Source: an uncultured Flavobacteriaceae bacterium (GTDB taxonomy: Bacteria > Bacteroidota > Bacteroidia > AKYH767-A > OLB10). From it: a stretch of 64,000 nucleotides of DNA. The DNA lies in assembly GCA_964432885.1 (NCBI GenBank), contig CAYSPG010000001.1, forward strand, positions 8,619-72,618. The letters run 5' to 3'. The position numbers were made by a program, and so were the translations under genes. Positions 37,765-46,855 of this stretch are shown here, in pieces (the first letter of the stretch is position 1; each line of letters begins with the position of its first letter). The notes beneath the pieces are model-generated. The model saw only the letters and a program-made list of their open reading frames with translations. It made no database searches and was not told the origin of the DNA.

Positions 37765-38496
37765 ATGAATTGTGCACTTGTTACAGGCGCTTCACGCGGA
37801 TTAGGAAAAGCAATTGCATTGCAACTTGCAAAAGATCACGGCTTATATATTTTAATTAATTACTCAGGCAACAAAGTTGCTGCCGAACAAACTTTAAGCG
37901 AATTAAAATCGCAAGGCGGAAATGGAGAACTGCTTCAATTTAACGTGCAGAATAAAACAGAAGTGGATGCTGCATTAAACGAATGGAAAAAAAATAATAC
38001 GGATAAATACATACACGTATTGGTTAACAATGCAGGAATAAATAAAGATGGTTTGTTTATGTGGATGCCCGAAAAAGATTGGGATAGCGTGCTGGATGTT
38101 TCGGTAAAAGGATGGTACAACACTACACAGAATATTGTGCAGGACATGTTGCGCAAGCGCAAAGGCAGAGTGATAAACATTGTTTCGTTATCAGGATTAA
38201 AAGGCGTGCCGGGGCAAACAAATTATTCGGCAGCAAAAGGTGCAGTAATAGGAGCTACCAAAGCACTTGCACAGGAAGTGGCACGAAGAAACATTACGGT
38301 AAATGCAATTGCACCGGGTTTTATCGAAACTGATATGACAGAAGGATTAAACAAAGAAGAACTTTCAAAACTTGTTCCGGTAAACCGTTTTGGCAAACCC
38401 GAAGAAGTAGCGCATCTTGTAAGTTTTATTGCATCAGAAAAATCGGCATACATAACTGGTGAGGTGATTAATATAAATGGGGGGATATATTCTTAA
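37765..38496 (+). CDS. fabG: 3-oxoacyl-[ACP] reductase (SDR family)
   Basis: TGASRGLGKAIA, NNAGI and the YSAAK catalytic motif; 243 aa. Confidence 0.85.
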   Translation: MNCALVTGASRGLGKAIALQLAKDHGLYILINYSGNKVAAEQTLSELKSQGGNGELLQFNVQNKTEVDAALNEWKKNNTDKYIHVLVNNAGINKDGLFMWMPEKDWDSVLDVSVKGWYNTTQNIVQDMLRKRKGRVINIVSLSGLKGVPGQTNYSAAKGAVIGATKALAQEVARRNITVNAIAPGFIETDMTEGLNKEELSKLVPVNRFGKPEEVAHLVSFIASEKSAYITGEVININGGIYS

Positions 38497-38501
38497 ATAA
38501 A

Positions 38502-38597
38502 ATTACGATTTTAGATTTGCGATTTTGTGTTTTTCAATCATAAGCTCAATTCGCAATTCGCAAATCGTAATTCGTAAATCATAAATCGTAAATCAAA
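38502..38597 (+). repeat. heptad array (CRYAAWT)6 running into the KAS start codon, with an upstream inverted copy
   Basis: cgcaatt cgcaaat cgtaatt cgtaaat cataaat cgtaaat caaaTTG (38552-38600). Inverted partner attacgattttagatttgcgatttt at 38502-38526. Confidence 0.85.
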
Positions 38598-39815
38598 TTG
38601 GAAAGAAGAGTAGTTATAACCGGACTAGGAATTTATTCATGCATTGGTAAATCGCTTGATGAGGTTCGTGACTCATTGTATGCCGGCAAAAGCGGAATTA
38701 TTTATCAGCAGGAGCGAAAAGATTTTGGCTACCGCAGTGCGCTTACAGGATTTGTAGATGAGCCGGATTTAAAACCATTTTTGGGAAGACGCGAACGCAT
38801 TGGAATGCACCAGCCGGCCATGTATGCTTTTATGGCAACTAAAGATGCATTAGAGCAATCAAAACTTGATGTTGACTTTTTAGACAAAAACGAAACCGGA
38901 ATAATTTATGGTAACGATAGCACAGCAGGCAGTGTTGCCGAAACAGTAGATAAAGCGCGCATAAAAAAAGACAACACCTTAATTGGCAGCGGTGATATTT
39001 TTCATAACATGAACTGTACCGTTAACATGAATCTTTCCACTATTTTTAAACTTAAAGGAATAAATTTTACGCTTGCAGCGGCTTGTGCTTCTGGTTCGCA
39101 CAGTATTGGTATGGCGTTTTTGATGATACGGCAGGGATTGCAGGACAGAATTATTTGTGGTGGCGCTCAGGAAATAAACAAATACACCATGGGCAGTTTT
39201 GATGGCCTTAGTGCATTTAGCATTCGCGAAAGCGAACCCACAAAAGCATCGCGCCCGTTTGATAAAAGCCGTGATGGGCTGGTACCATCAGGCGGTGCTG
39301 CCACTGTTATTTTAGAAGATTACGAAACTGCGGTTAAAAGAAATGCTCCCATACTTGCCGAAGTTGTTGGTTACGGTTTTAGTAGCAATGGCGATCATAT
39401 TTCAAACCCAAATTACGATGGACAATTTCGTTCGCTTAACATGGCGTTAAAACAATCAGGTGTAAAAGCAAACGAGATTGACTACATAAATGCACATGCA
39501 ACATCAACACCTGTTGGTGATAAAATTGAAGCTACAGTACTACACGATGTTTTAGGTGAAACCATTCCGGTAAGCAGCACCAAAAGTATGACAGGGCATG
39601 AATGTTGGATGGCAGGCGCCAGCGAAATTGTTTACAGCATGTTGATGATGCAACACAGTTTTATTGCACCCAATATTAATTTTGAACAGTTGGATGACGA
39701 TGCACCGCACATCAATGTGATAAACCAAACGAAAGAACAAAATATAAATTGCTTTTTATCAAACTCATTTGGCTTTGGCGGCACAAATTCTTCGTTGATT
39801 ATCCGAAAAGTGTAG
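38598..39815 (+). CDS. beta-ketoacyl-[ACP] synthase (KAS I/II-like)
   Basis: RRVVITGLG N-terminus, active-site AAACASG Cys, NAHATST and MTGHECWMAG His motifs. TTG start. Confidence 0.85.
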   Translation: MERRVVITGLGIYSCIGKSLDEVRDSLYAGKSGIIYQQERKDFGYRSALTGFVDEPDLKPFLGRRERIGMHQPAMYAFMATKDALEQSKLDVDFLDKNETGIIYGNDSTAGSVAETVDKARIKKDNTLIGSGDIFHNMNCTVNMNLSTIFKLKGINFTLAAACASGSHSIGMAFLMIRQGLQDRIICGGAQEINKYTMGSFDGLSAFSIRESEPTKASRPFDKSRDGLVPSGGAATVILEDYETAVKRNAPILAEVVGYGFSSNGDHISNPNYDGQFRSLNMALKQSGVKANEIDYINAHATSTPVGDKIEATVLHDVLGETIPVSSTKSMTGHECWMAGASEIVYSMLMMQHSFIAPNINFEQLDDDAPHINVINQTKEQNINCFLSNSFGFGGTNSSLIIRKV

Positions 39816-39840
39816 CAATTGTTATTGCTGTAATACACAG

Positions 39841-40332
39841 TCAAAGGTCGGATTCTTTTAACTTTTGCACCACCGTAGCAACAGCCGGGCAAACCATTGT
39901 ATTAAGATAAGTTAAGTCCATTATCTGAGAAATATTTTTGCGCTCCATATGCGGATACTCTCTGCATGCCCGTGGTCTTTCATCATAAATTGTACAGTAG
40001 TTGTCAATACCCAAAAAAGGGCAAGGTGCAGTGTTAAGTACCCAGTGGCTATCGCTATCCATGTGTAGATATTTCTGGGTAAAGTCTCCCGGTTTAATTT
40101 TTAGATGCTTTGCTATCCGTTCAATATCTACATCTCTAAAAATTGGGCTTGTGGTTTTACAACAATTTGCGCAGTTAAGGCATGAGTTTTCATTAAAATA
40201 ATCATTATTACCAGTAGAAAATAAGTTATCAAGATTGGCTGGCGCTTTCCGTTTTAATCGTTCAAGAAATTTTTTGTTCTCTTTTTTTTCAGCATTTGCT
40301 TTTTCAAGAGCCTTTAACATTTTTGATTGCAT
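39841..40332 (-). CDS. YkgJ-family cysteine-cluster (CxxCxxCC) protein
   Basis: CLNCANCCK motif and later Cys residues (APCPFL…NYCTIYDERPRACREYP). Confidence 0.7.
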   Translation of the reverse strand: MQSKMLKALEKANAEKKENKKFLERLKRKAPANLDNLFSTGNNDYFNENSCLNCANCCKTTSPIFRDVDIERIAKHLKIKPGDFTQKYLHMDSDSHWVLNTAPCPFLGIDNYCTIYDERPRACREYPHMERKNISQIMDLTYLNTMVCPAVATVVQKLKESDL

Positions 40333-40336
40333 GATG

Positions 40337-40344
40337 CAAAAATA
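40337..40344 (-). promoter_or_regulatory. -7 box TAttTTTG placed 4 nt before the ATG (predicted leaderless transcript)
   Basis: Minus strand reads TATTTTTG-CATC-ATG. A TTG lies 21 nt further upstream. Confidence 0.45.
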
Positions 40345-40478
40345 AAATGAAATTTACTTTTACATCAATTTTTATTTTAGTTGCTATTGTGTGCGGAATT
40401 AATTTGTGTTAAGATTTTTTTTGACCACAAACACAAATATTACTTTTACAATCAATTTATTTCTATAAATATAATACC

Positions 40479-40913
40479 ATGCGTCAACTAATTTCATCAG
40501 GAGCAATGTGGGAAAACATTGTTGCCTATTCACGTGCTGTAAAAACAGGAAACGTAATTGAAGTGTCAGGCACGGTTGCTGTCAATGGCGAAAATGTTGT
40601 TGGAGAAAATGATATGTATGCGCAGGCTAAATTTATTTTTGAAAAAATAGAGGACACATTACAAAAGGGCGGGGCCGAAATGAAACATGTAGTACGCACA
40701 CGCATGTATGTAACCGATATTAGCCTTTGGCAGCAAGCTGCACAAGCACATGCAGAATTTTTTAGCAACATTAAACCAGCTACCACTATGGTTGAGGTAA
40801 ATGCTCTTATTGATAGTCGATTTTTAATTGAGATAGAAGCAACTGCCATTATTGACGAAGAATACTATAAGAGTAAATCCAAATTTTTTACGGCAGGAAA
40901 ACCCTCAATGTGA
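40479..40913 (+). CDS. RidA/YjgF-family protein
   Basis: YSRAVKTGNVIEVSGTVA, …VRTRMYVTD… and PATTMVEV motifs. Confidence 0.75.
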   Translation: MRQLISSGAMWENIVAYSRAVKTGNVIEVSGTVAVNGENVVGENDMYAQAKFIFEKIEDTLQKGGAEMKHVVRTRMYVTDISLWQQAAQAHAEFFSNIKPATTMVEVNALIDSRFLIEIEATAIIDEEYYKSKSKFFTAGKPSM

Positions 40914-40927
40914 TTTAAATTAATGAT

Positions 40928-41413
40928 TCAACTTTCCTGCCTCAAATTTTTTTGCATGGAATAATGTTGTATTTGATCAAAAAGCAAAAAAGTTTTTTCA
41001 ATCATTTGGTACCCGTTTCGCTTGTAAAAAGATACAGCCTTTTCACGCGCCTGTAGAAAAATTGTTTTTATTCCTAATTCCTTTGCACGCACTTCAAAAT
41101 AGGCAAGCATAATATCACCTAAATGCATCCCTTGATAATTTGAGTGCACACCCATGTAACGTATCTGCGCTTCACTGGCCGAATTTAATTGCAGGCGACA
41201 AACACCAATTACTTCATCGTTGAAAAGCAAACAAACATGTTGGCTTGTTTTGTCTCCCTCATCTTGCTCACTGCCTTTAGGTTGATTCCATGGTTTGCGC
41301 AAAACCTCGTATCGCAGTGTAAAATATTTTTCAAAATCCGCGTTGGTTTCGGGCACAGCAAGCAACAATTTTTTTCCTGTGGATTTAATAATATGCTCGC
41401 TAACCGGTTTCAT
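40928..41413 (-). CDS. GNAT-family N-acetyltransferase
   Basis: Acetyl-CoA-binding region …MGVHSNYQGMHLGDIML… and C-terminal …FYKRNGY. Confidence 0.75.
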   Translation of the reverse strand: MKPVSEHIIKSTGKKLLLAVPETNADFEKYFTLRYEVLRKPWNQPKGSEQDEGDKTSQHVCLLFNDEVIGVCRLQLNSASEAQIRYMGVHSNYQGMHLGDIMLAYFEVRAKELGIKTIFLQAREKAVSFYKRNGYQMIEKTFLLFDQIQHYSMQKNLRQES

Positions 41414-41436
41414 TTTTTTAAAAACATAATAAAAAA

Positions 41437-42804
41437 TTAGTTGCTTAATAAAGAATTCTTTAAAGGAATTATTTTCCTGTATTTTTTTCTGCTGACAAAT
41501 GAATTGAAAACACGTAACATGTCTTCTGACATATTAAAATAAATAAGCCGTTCTGATAAGTCTTCAATGGAAATTTGCTCGTCAACATTAAAATAGGTGT
41601 AACCAAGTTTTCCTTTGCAATAAACAACGGCTGTTTTTTCGTAATAATTTTTTCCTTTGTCAATTACAATTACTTCCTCAGTATCTGTTTTTATTGAACT
41701 CAAAAAATGAATTGCCCGCTCATTGTAATCTTCAAATGTTTCGATTTTGGTACATGCACCAAAGCAAATTTTTGTTTGATTTAAAAAGCACGAGCTGTTT
41801 GTTCGCTCAAGTTTATTTATGCTTGCGCACAGGTTGTAAAGTTTTGTGTTTTCATATAAAAATTCCTCAGCAGCTTTTTTTGATTTAAAAGTACGCAGTG
41901 GCACATCATCTCCTTTTATTTCATCAACATAAAAGCTATGATAGCTTCCGTTTGATAGGAAACTAAATAATCCAAATAGGGCAGGCGATTTACCGGCACG
42001 GTTAAAAAAGGGTAATTGTTTTTTTATTTCCTGAAGTTCGATTAAACAGGCAAGCAACTCATTACCTGTTTCTGTATATGTAACCGAATCTATTAATGAT
42101 TTAAATTTTTCTGATTTATACGAACGCTTATTCAGATGCTGCGCTACTCTTTTACGAATGTTATTTGCCTTTCCTATATAAAAAACTTTTTTGTCCTTGT
42201 CATGGAAAAAATAAACTCCGTGTGTTTCGGGTAAATTTTCGAGCAAGTGATGGGGAAGTTGGTGCTCCTTAATTTTGGGAATAGTGTAATTCTTAATGGT
42301 TTCAATTCCGGCTTTACGAATCAGCAAATCTAAAATTTGAGCAGCAGCATTGGCATCGTTAAGTGCACGGTGGTGTTTTTCAAGTTTAACTCCCAAACTT
42401 TTACTCAGTGTACCTAAACTATAGGAGCCAAAACCCGGAAAAATTTTTCGACTCATAGTACACGTACAAATCTTTTCAGAAGAATATTTAATTCCACAGC
42501 GTTTAAATTCATTTAGCAAGTGTCCGTAATCAAACGATACGTTATGAGCAACAAAAATTCTATTTTCAAAAAGCGAAAGCAAATTACCTGCTACTTCTGA
42601 AAATATGGGCGCGTTTTCAACCATTTGGTTGGTAATTCCAGTAAGGTTGGTTATAAAAGAAGGTATATAGCTTTCTGGGTTTATCAGCGTTGAATAATGG
42701 TTTGTAATTTTTTCGCCATCATGTATCACAACTGCTACCTCTGTTATCCGGCTTCCCTGTGCAAGGCTTCCACCTGTAGTTTCTATGTCAACAATAGCAA
42801 ACAA
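41437..42804 (-). CDS. DnaQ-like 3'-5' exonuclease fused to a GIY-YIG nuclease domain
   Basis: Exo motifs FAIVDIETTG, VAHNVSFDYGHL and HRALNDANAAAQIL, then GIY-YIG (HGVYFFHDKDKKVFYIGKANNIRKRVAQH). TTG start. Confidence 0.8.
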   Translation of the reverse strand: MFAIVDIETTGGSLAQGSRITEVAVVIHDGEKITNHYSTLINPESYIPSFITNLTGITNQMVENAPIFSEVAGNLLSLFENRIFVAHNVSFDYGHLLNEFKRCGIKYSSEKICTCTMSRKIFPGFGSYSLGTLSKSLGVKLEKHHRALNDANAAAQILDLLIRKAGIETIKNYTIPKIKEHQLPHHLLENLPETHGVYFFHDKDKKVFYIGKANNIRKRVAQHLNKRSYKSEKFKSLIDSVTYTETGNELLACLIELQEIKKQLPFFNRAGKSPALFGLFSFLSNGSYHSFYVDEIKGDDVPLRTFKSKKAAEEFLYENTKLYNLCASINKLERTNSSCFLNQTKICFGACTKIETFEDYNERAIHFLSSIKTDTEEVIVIDKGKNYYEKTAVVYCKGKLGYTYFNVDEQISIEDLSERLIYFNMSEDMLRVFNSFVSRKKYRKIIPLKNSLLSN

Positions 42805-42989
42805 CCTAATGTATTTTTAGTATTTATAATTCAATTTGCTCGGCAGCGAAAATACACCTTTCAAAAAAAACGAAATCAATTCTTTTTAACGAAAAAACGT
42901 GCGTATGCTTATATTAATCGCACTTATTACTTTCTTTATCAAAACATGTTTTTTATAACGTACTTCGTTTAGGTTTTTAAATCAAAAAC

Positions 42990-43190
42990 ATGTCAGATAT
43001 AAAAAAAGGTGATAAAATTCTCTGCCTCATTCCTGGTTTGAATACAACACAAGAAGTGGAAATTACCGATATACTTGAAACATGTGTGCAGGTTCGCTTT
43101 AACAGGGAAAAATACAGCAACCTTTTAACTATTGACAAAAATTTAATTATAGATAAAATATTTGAAACTTCGTATGCAAACGCGAAGTAG
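42990..43190 (+). CDS. hypothetical small protein (66 aa)
   Basis: ATG-started ORF preceded by a heptad-like leader and followed by an intrinsic terminator. Confidence 0.4.
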   Translation: MSDIKKGDKILCLIPGLNTTQEVEITDILETCVQVRFNREKYSNLLTIDKNLIIDKIFETSYANAK

Positions 43191-43226
43191 CTAAAGAAGC
43201 GGTTTATTTTCTGTTTTTAGGTTAAG

Positions 43227-43250
43227 GGCCGGGAGAAATTCCGGCCTTTT
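43227..43250. terminator. intrinsic terminator between convergent genes
   Basis: Stem ggccgg 43227-43232 / ccggcc 43241-43246 followed by TTTT. Confidence 0.6.
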
Positions 43251-43290
43251 GCATTTTTTGTTTTTTGGTGATAATAAGGCAATCAAATGT

Positions 43291-44424
43291 TTAATATAAA
43301 TCATATTTCAAAAGCCGGCACTCAATGGGGCCGTTGTAAAATTCCATTTTACGGCTTGTGCGAAGTCCCACTTTTTTTGCAAGAAATGATTCGCCCGTAA
43401 ATATAAAACCAGTTTTGCCTTTGCACTTTTGTTTAAAAAAATCACCAATAGATTTATACAAGTTTTCTAAATCATGTTCGCTTCCCAAACGTTCACCGTA
43501 TGGAGGATTTATAAGTACAGTGCCGTCTCCTCCTTCAATTTTTGTTTCGGTAAAATCGCATTGTTCAAATGCAATTAAATGTTCAACACCGGCACGAGCT
43601 GCATTTTCGCGCGATGCTCTGATAGCAAATTTATCTTTATCGGTAGCAATTATGGCTGGCACATTATTATGAGTGCTGGCCTCACTTGTTTCTTTTTTAA
43701 TTTTTTCGAAATCAGTTTTGTTAAACATGGTGTAATGCATAAAAGAAAAATTTTGGCGCATGGCCAATGGAAATTTATTGGCAGCCATCAATGCAGCTTC
43801 AATAGCAAAAGTTCCGCTACCGCACATAGGATTAATAAAAGCCTGTTTTTTATTCCAGCCCGTTGCCATTATTAATGCCGCAGCTAAATTTTCCTGTACG
43901 GGAGCCATAAACGGATTTTGCCTGTAACCATGCTTGTTAAGTTGGTCGCCCGAAGTGTCAAGATAAACTACAGCCATGTTATCGTGCCAGTGAATATGTA
44001 TAACCACTTCACTACGCAGTGGCCCACTGGAGGGACGAACTTTATATTTATCGTTAAAAAAGTCAACCACAGCATCTTTGCAGTGCTGATTTAAAAACAT
44101 AGTGTTATTGATGCTTGGGTGATTGGTTTGAGATGTAAATGATAAATATTTTTTAAAAGAAAAGTAATCATCCCAATTTATTTTTTTTAAACCGTTGTAT
44201 AATGATTTTAAATCATGCGCATTAAATGAATTAATTTTAATAAGCACACGGTTTGCCGTGCGCAAACAAAAGTTAAGCCTTATTATCTGGTTATAATCGG
44301 CAGTTGTAAAAACACCTGTGTGTATCTCGTTTAAAACAGGAATTTGCAATTGTTCAAGTTCCAGTTTTAAATAAGGAGTTACAAAAGGCGGACAGGTAAT
44401 AAATAGTTCTGATTTTTTTTGCAA
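43291..44424 (-). CDS. THUMP-domain class I SAM-dependent RNA methyltransferase (RlmL/COG0116-like)
   Basis: NPMCGSGTFAIEA motif I and LINPPYGERL (NPPY) motif. N-terminal THUMP-like region. TTG start. Confidence 0.75.
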   Translation of the reverse strand: MQKKSELFITCPPFVTPYLKLELEQLQIPVLNEIHTGVFTTADYNQIIRLNFCLRTANRVLIKINSFNAHDLKSLYNGLKKINWDDYFSFKKYLSFTSQTNHPSINNTMFLNQHCKDAVVDFFNDKYKVRPSSGPLRSEVVIHIHWHDNMAVVYLDTSGDQLNKHGYRQNPFMAPVQENLAAALIMATGWNKKQAFINPMCGSGTFAIEAALMAANKFPLAMRQNFSFMHYTMFNKTDFEKIKKETSEASTHNNVPAIIATDKDKFAIRASRENAARAGVEHLIAFEQCDFTETKIEGGDGTVLINPPYGERLGSEHDLENLYKSIGDFFKQKCKGKTGFIFTGESFLAKKVGLRTSRKMEFYNGPIECRLLKYDLY

Positions 44425-44443
44425 GGTGTTGCTTTCTTAAATG

Positions 44444-44451
44444 CAAAACTA
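44444..44451 (-). promoter_or_regulatory. -7 box TAgtTTTG for the THUMP methyltransferase gene
   Basis: Exact TAnnTTTG on the minus strand, 19 nt upstream of the TTG at 44424. Confidence 0.4.
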
Positions 44452-44524
44452 CTCAGATATTTTAAGCACATGGTTAATGAGATGTAGTTTTTTACTTCAA
44501 AAAATAAAAGGTTACGTCCAAAAG

Positions 44525-45295
44525 TTATTTAGTGTTTAATGCTTTGCGGCTGCCAAAAGGAGCAAAGTAATATGAAAAAACAAACGCTACACTACTTCCT
44601 CTGTTTATAAAAGTATGGGTGTAATTACTTTCAATAGTTGAATAGTTTACTGTTGATTTGGCAACAGAGTTTAATCCCTGTTGTCCGCGAAAAGAAAGAC
44701 TCAACATGTTTCCTTTAGCCAACTCCTTTTCAAATCCAACAGTCCAAGTAATAGCAGAAGATAAAAAGCTAGTTGATTTGGAATAGGATGAAATATAAAC
44801 TTCGTTGGAACTACGGCCGTTTGTTTTGTCCACAATAGTTTCATTTTTTTCGCTTTCCCATTTGCTGTCAACTCCACGCAGCACAATACCAGCACCTGCA
44901 ATAATACGGGTTCGGGTACAGTTCATAGGTGTAGTTATCAGTGCCATTACAGGTATGCCTGTAATACAGGTACTTTGGTTTATCTCTTGAGCACGTTTTT
45001 CAGGATGCATCAATGAGTAATCTTTTTCAATTTGATAAGTAAAACCCACTTCAGAGAAATCAAAACCTGATGCAAACGATATTCGTTCGCTTAACTTATA
45101 TCTAAAGCTAACATCTAAATGCACCGTCTTGTACGGTTGGTTGCTAAACAAGGCATCTGCATTTTCATCACCACCATCAAATTTTGAAACATTGGCAATC
45201 AAGCCGCTTTGAATTCCTATTGACCATCGAGATTGAGCAGGCATTACAGTTGGAAAAGTCAATAACATAAGTAGGAAATAAAGATTCTTTTTCAT
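44525..45295 (-). CDS. outer-membrane beta-barrel (porin-family/OmpA-like barrel) protein
   Basis: Signal peptide, alternating beta-strand pattern, C-terminal …AFVFSYYFAPF. Confidence 0.6.
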   Translation of the reverse strand: MKKNLYFLLMLLTFPTVMPAQSRWSIGIQSGLIANVSKFDGGDENADALFSNQPYKTVHLDVSFRYKLSERISFASGFDFSEVGFTYQIEKDYSLMHPEKRAQEINQSTCITGIPVMALITTPMNCTRTRIIAGAGIVLRGVDSKWESEKNETIVDKTNGRSSNEVYISSYSKSTSFLSSAITWTVGFEKELAKGNMLSLSFRGQQGLNSVAKSTVNYSTIESNYTHTFINRGSSVAFVFSYYFAPFGSRKALNTK

Positions 45296-45319
45296 TGTGT
45301 TTTTGTTTTACGCATTAGT

Positions 45320-45327
45320 CAAATGTA
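45320..45327 (-). promoter_or_regulatory. -7 box TAcaTTTG for the beta-barrel gene
   Basis: Exact TAnnTTTG on the minus strand, 24 nt upstream of the ATG at 45295. Confidence 0.4.
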
Positions 45328-45509
45328 TCAAAAACATTTGTTAAAAAAATCGTTGTTAAAAAGTAGGATGCTTTTAACATTGGTACGTTGAAAAAAGAAA
45401 ACCAATTCCTAATCTATTGCAGTAAGCAAGTGTAATCTTGTACATTCTTTAATCCTTTACTTGGTAACACCCTATTTAGAAAACCATCAACTATAAATTT
45501 CTAATAAAA

Positions 45510-46403
45510 GTGCAGTCAAAACTAAACCCTTCTGAGATAAAAGCGTTAATAAGTTTGCTTGATGATAAAGACCAGGAAATATATCATGAGGTTGAATCGC
45601 GGTTGTTAAGTTTAGGAAAGGAAGTAATTCCCATACTGGAAGATTTTTGGGGTAACTCGTTTGATGCTGTATTACAAAGCCGCATTGAGCAAATAGTTCA
45701 TAAAATTCAATTTGAATCTTTGCTTGAAGAGTTAAAACGCTGGGATGCATTTCACCGGCATGATTTGTTTATGGGGGTTCTGATTGTTGCCCATTATCAA
45801 TATCCTGATCTTGACGAAGAAAAAATCCGCCAATATTTTAATCAGCTAAGACGTGATGTGTGGATTGAACTTAACGATCAATTAACGGCTTTAGAACAGA
45901 TAAATATTTTAAACCGTGTGTTGTTTGATGTGCATGGATTTAGCGGAAACACTGCCAACTTTCATGCTCCACAAAACTCATTTATAAACACTGTTCTTGA
46001 AAGTAAAAAAGGCAATCCGCTTTTGTTAAGTGTAATATATATGCTTCTTGCGCAGGAATTAGATATACCTGTGTATGGGGTAAACTTACCCGAGCATTTT
46101 ATTTTATGTTATCAGCATGCACGGCAATCGCCTCATTTTACATACGCATATCCCGATTCTAATATTTTGTTTTATATAAATGCTTTTAGCCGCGGAACCG
46201 TTTTTGGCAAAGAAGAGATTGATACCTTTCTTAAAAAAGTAAATATTCCTGCCAATGAAATTTTTTATCAACCTTGCGCCAATGAGGAAATCATAAAAAG
46301 AATTTTGCGTAACCTTCACTTTTCATTTACCAAACTTGGTGATACAGATAAAACAGAAGAAATATCTTTATTGTTAAAGATTTTTGAAGAAGAAAAAAAA
46401 TAA
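45510..46403 (+). CDS. transglutaminase-like/SirB1-family protein
   Basis: GNPLLLSVIYMLLAQELDIPVYGVNLPEHFILCY core resembles the UPF0162/SirB1 transglutaminase-like fold. GTG start. Confidence 0.5.
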   Translation: MQSKLNPSEIKALISLLDDKDQEIYHEVESRLLSLGKEVIPILEDFWGNSFDAVLQSRIEQIVHKIQFESLLEELKRWDAFHRHDLFMGVLIVAHYQYPDLDEEKIRQYFNQLRRDVWIELNDQLTALEQINILNRVLFDVHGFSGNTANFHAPQNSFINTVLESKKGNPLLLSVIYMLLAQELDIPVYGVNLPEHFILCYQHARQSPHFTYAYPDSNILFYINAFSRGTVFGKEEIDTFLKKVNIPANEIFYQPCANEEIIKRILRNLHFSFTKLGDTDKTEEISLLLKIFEEEKK

Positions 46404-46424
46404 TAACATTAAAGATAAGTAGGA

Positions 46425-46457
46425 TAAAAAAAGGAGATCATTCGATCTCCTTTTTTT
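46425..46457. terminator. bidirectional intrinsic terminator
   Basis: A8, stem ggagatc 46433-46439 / gatctcc 46444-46450, T7. Confidence 0.7.
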
Positions 46458-46510
46458 GAATTTTCCTGAAAGCTTTTTTTGAATTTCTTAAAGTTGAATC
46501 AATAGAAATT

Positions 46511-46855
46511 TTACTTCACTGACTCAACCACGGCTTTAAAAGCATCAGGATTGTTAAGGGCTAAGTCAGCCAATACTTTTCTGTTTAACTGGTTACCCGC
46601 TTTATGAAGTTTACCCATAAACTCGCTGTACGATAAGTCGAATGGACGAACCGCAGCATTAATGCGTTGAATCCATAAGGCACGGAAATTGCGCTTTTTT
46701 GTTTTGCGATCGCGGTAAGCATACTGCAACCCTTTTTCTACTGTGTGTTTAGCAACTGTAAGTACATTACCTCTTGCACCCCAATTACCTTTTGCGCGGT
46801 TAAGAAGTTTTTTTCTGCGTGCGCGCGATGCTACTGAATTTACTGAACGTGGCAT
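46511..46855 (-). CDS. rplT: 50S ribosomal protein L20
   Basis: [18 protein letters not shown]…YAYRDRK… canonical L20. Confidence 0.95.
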   Translation of the reverse strand: MPRSVNSVASRARRKKLLNRAKGNWGARGNVLTVAKHTVEKGLQYAYRDRKTKKRNFRALWIQRINAAVRPFDLSYSEFMGKLHKAGNQLNRKVLADLALNNPDAFKAVVESVK

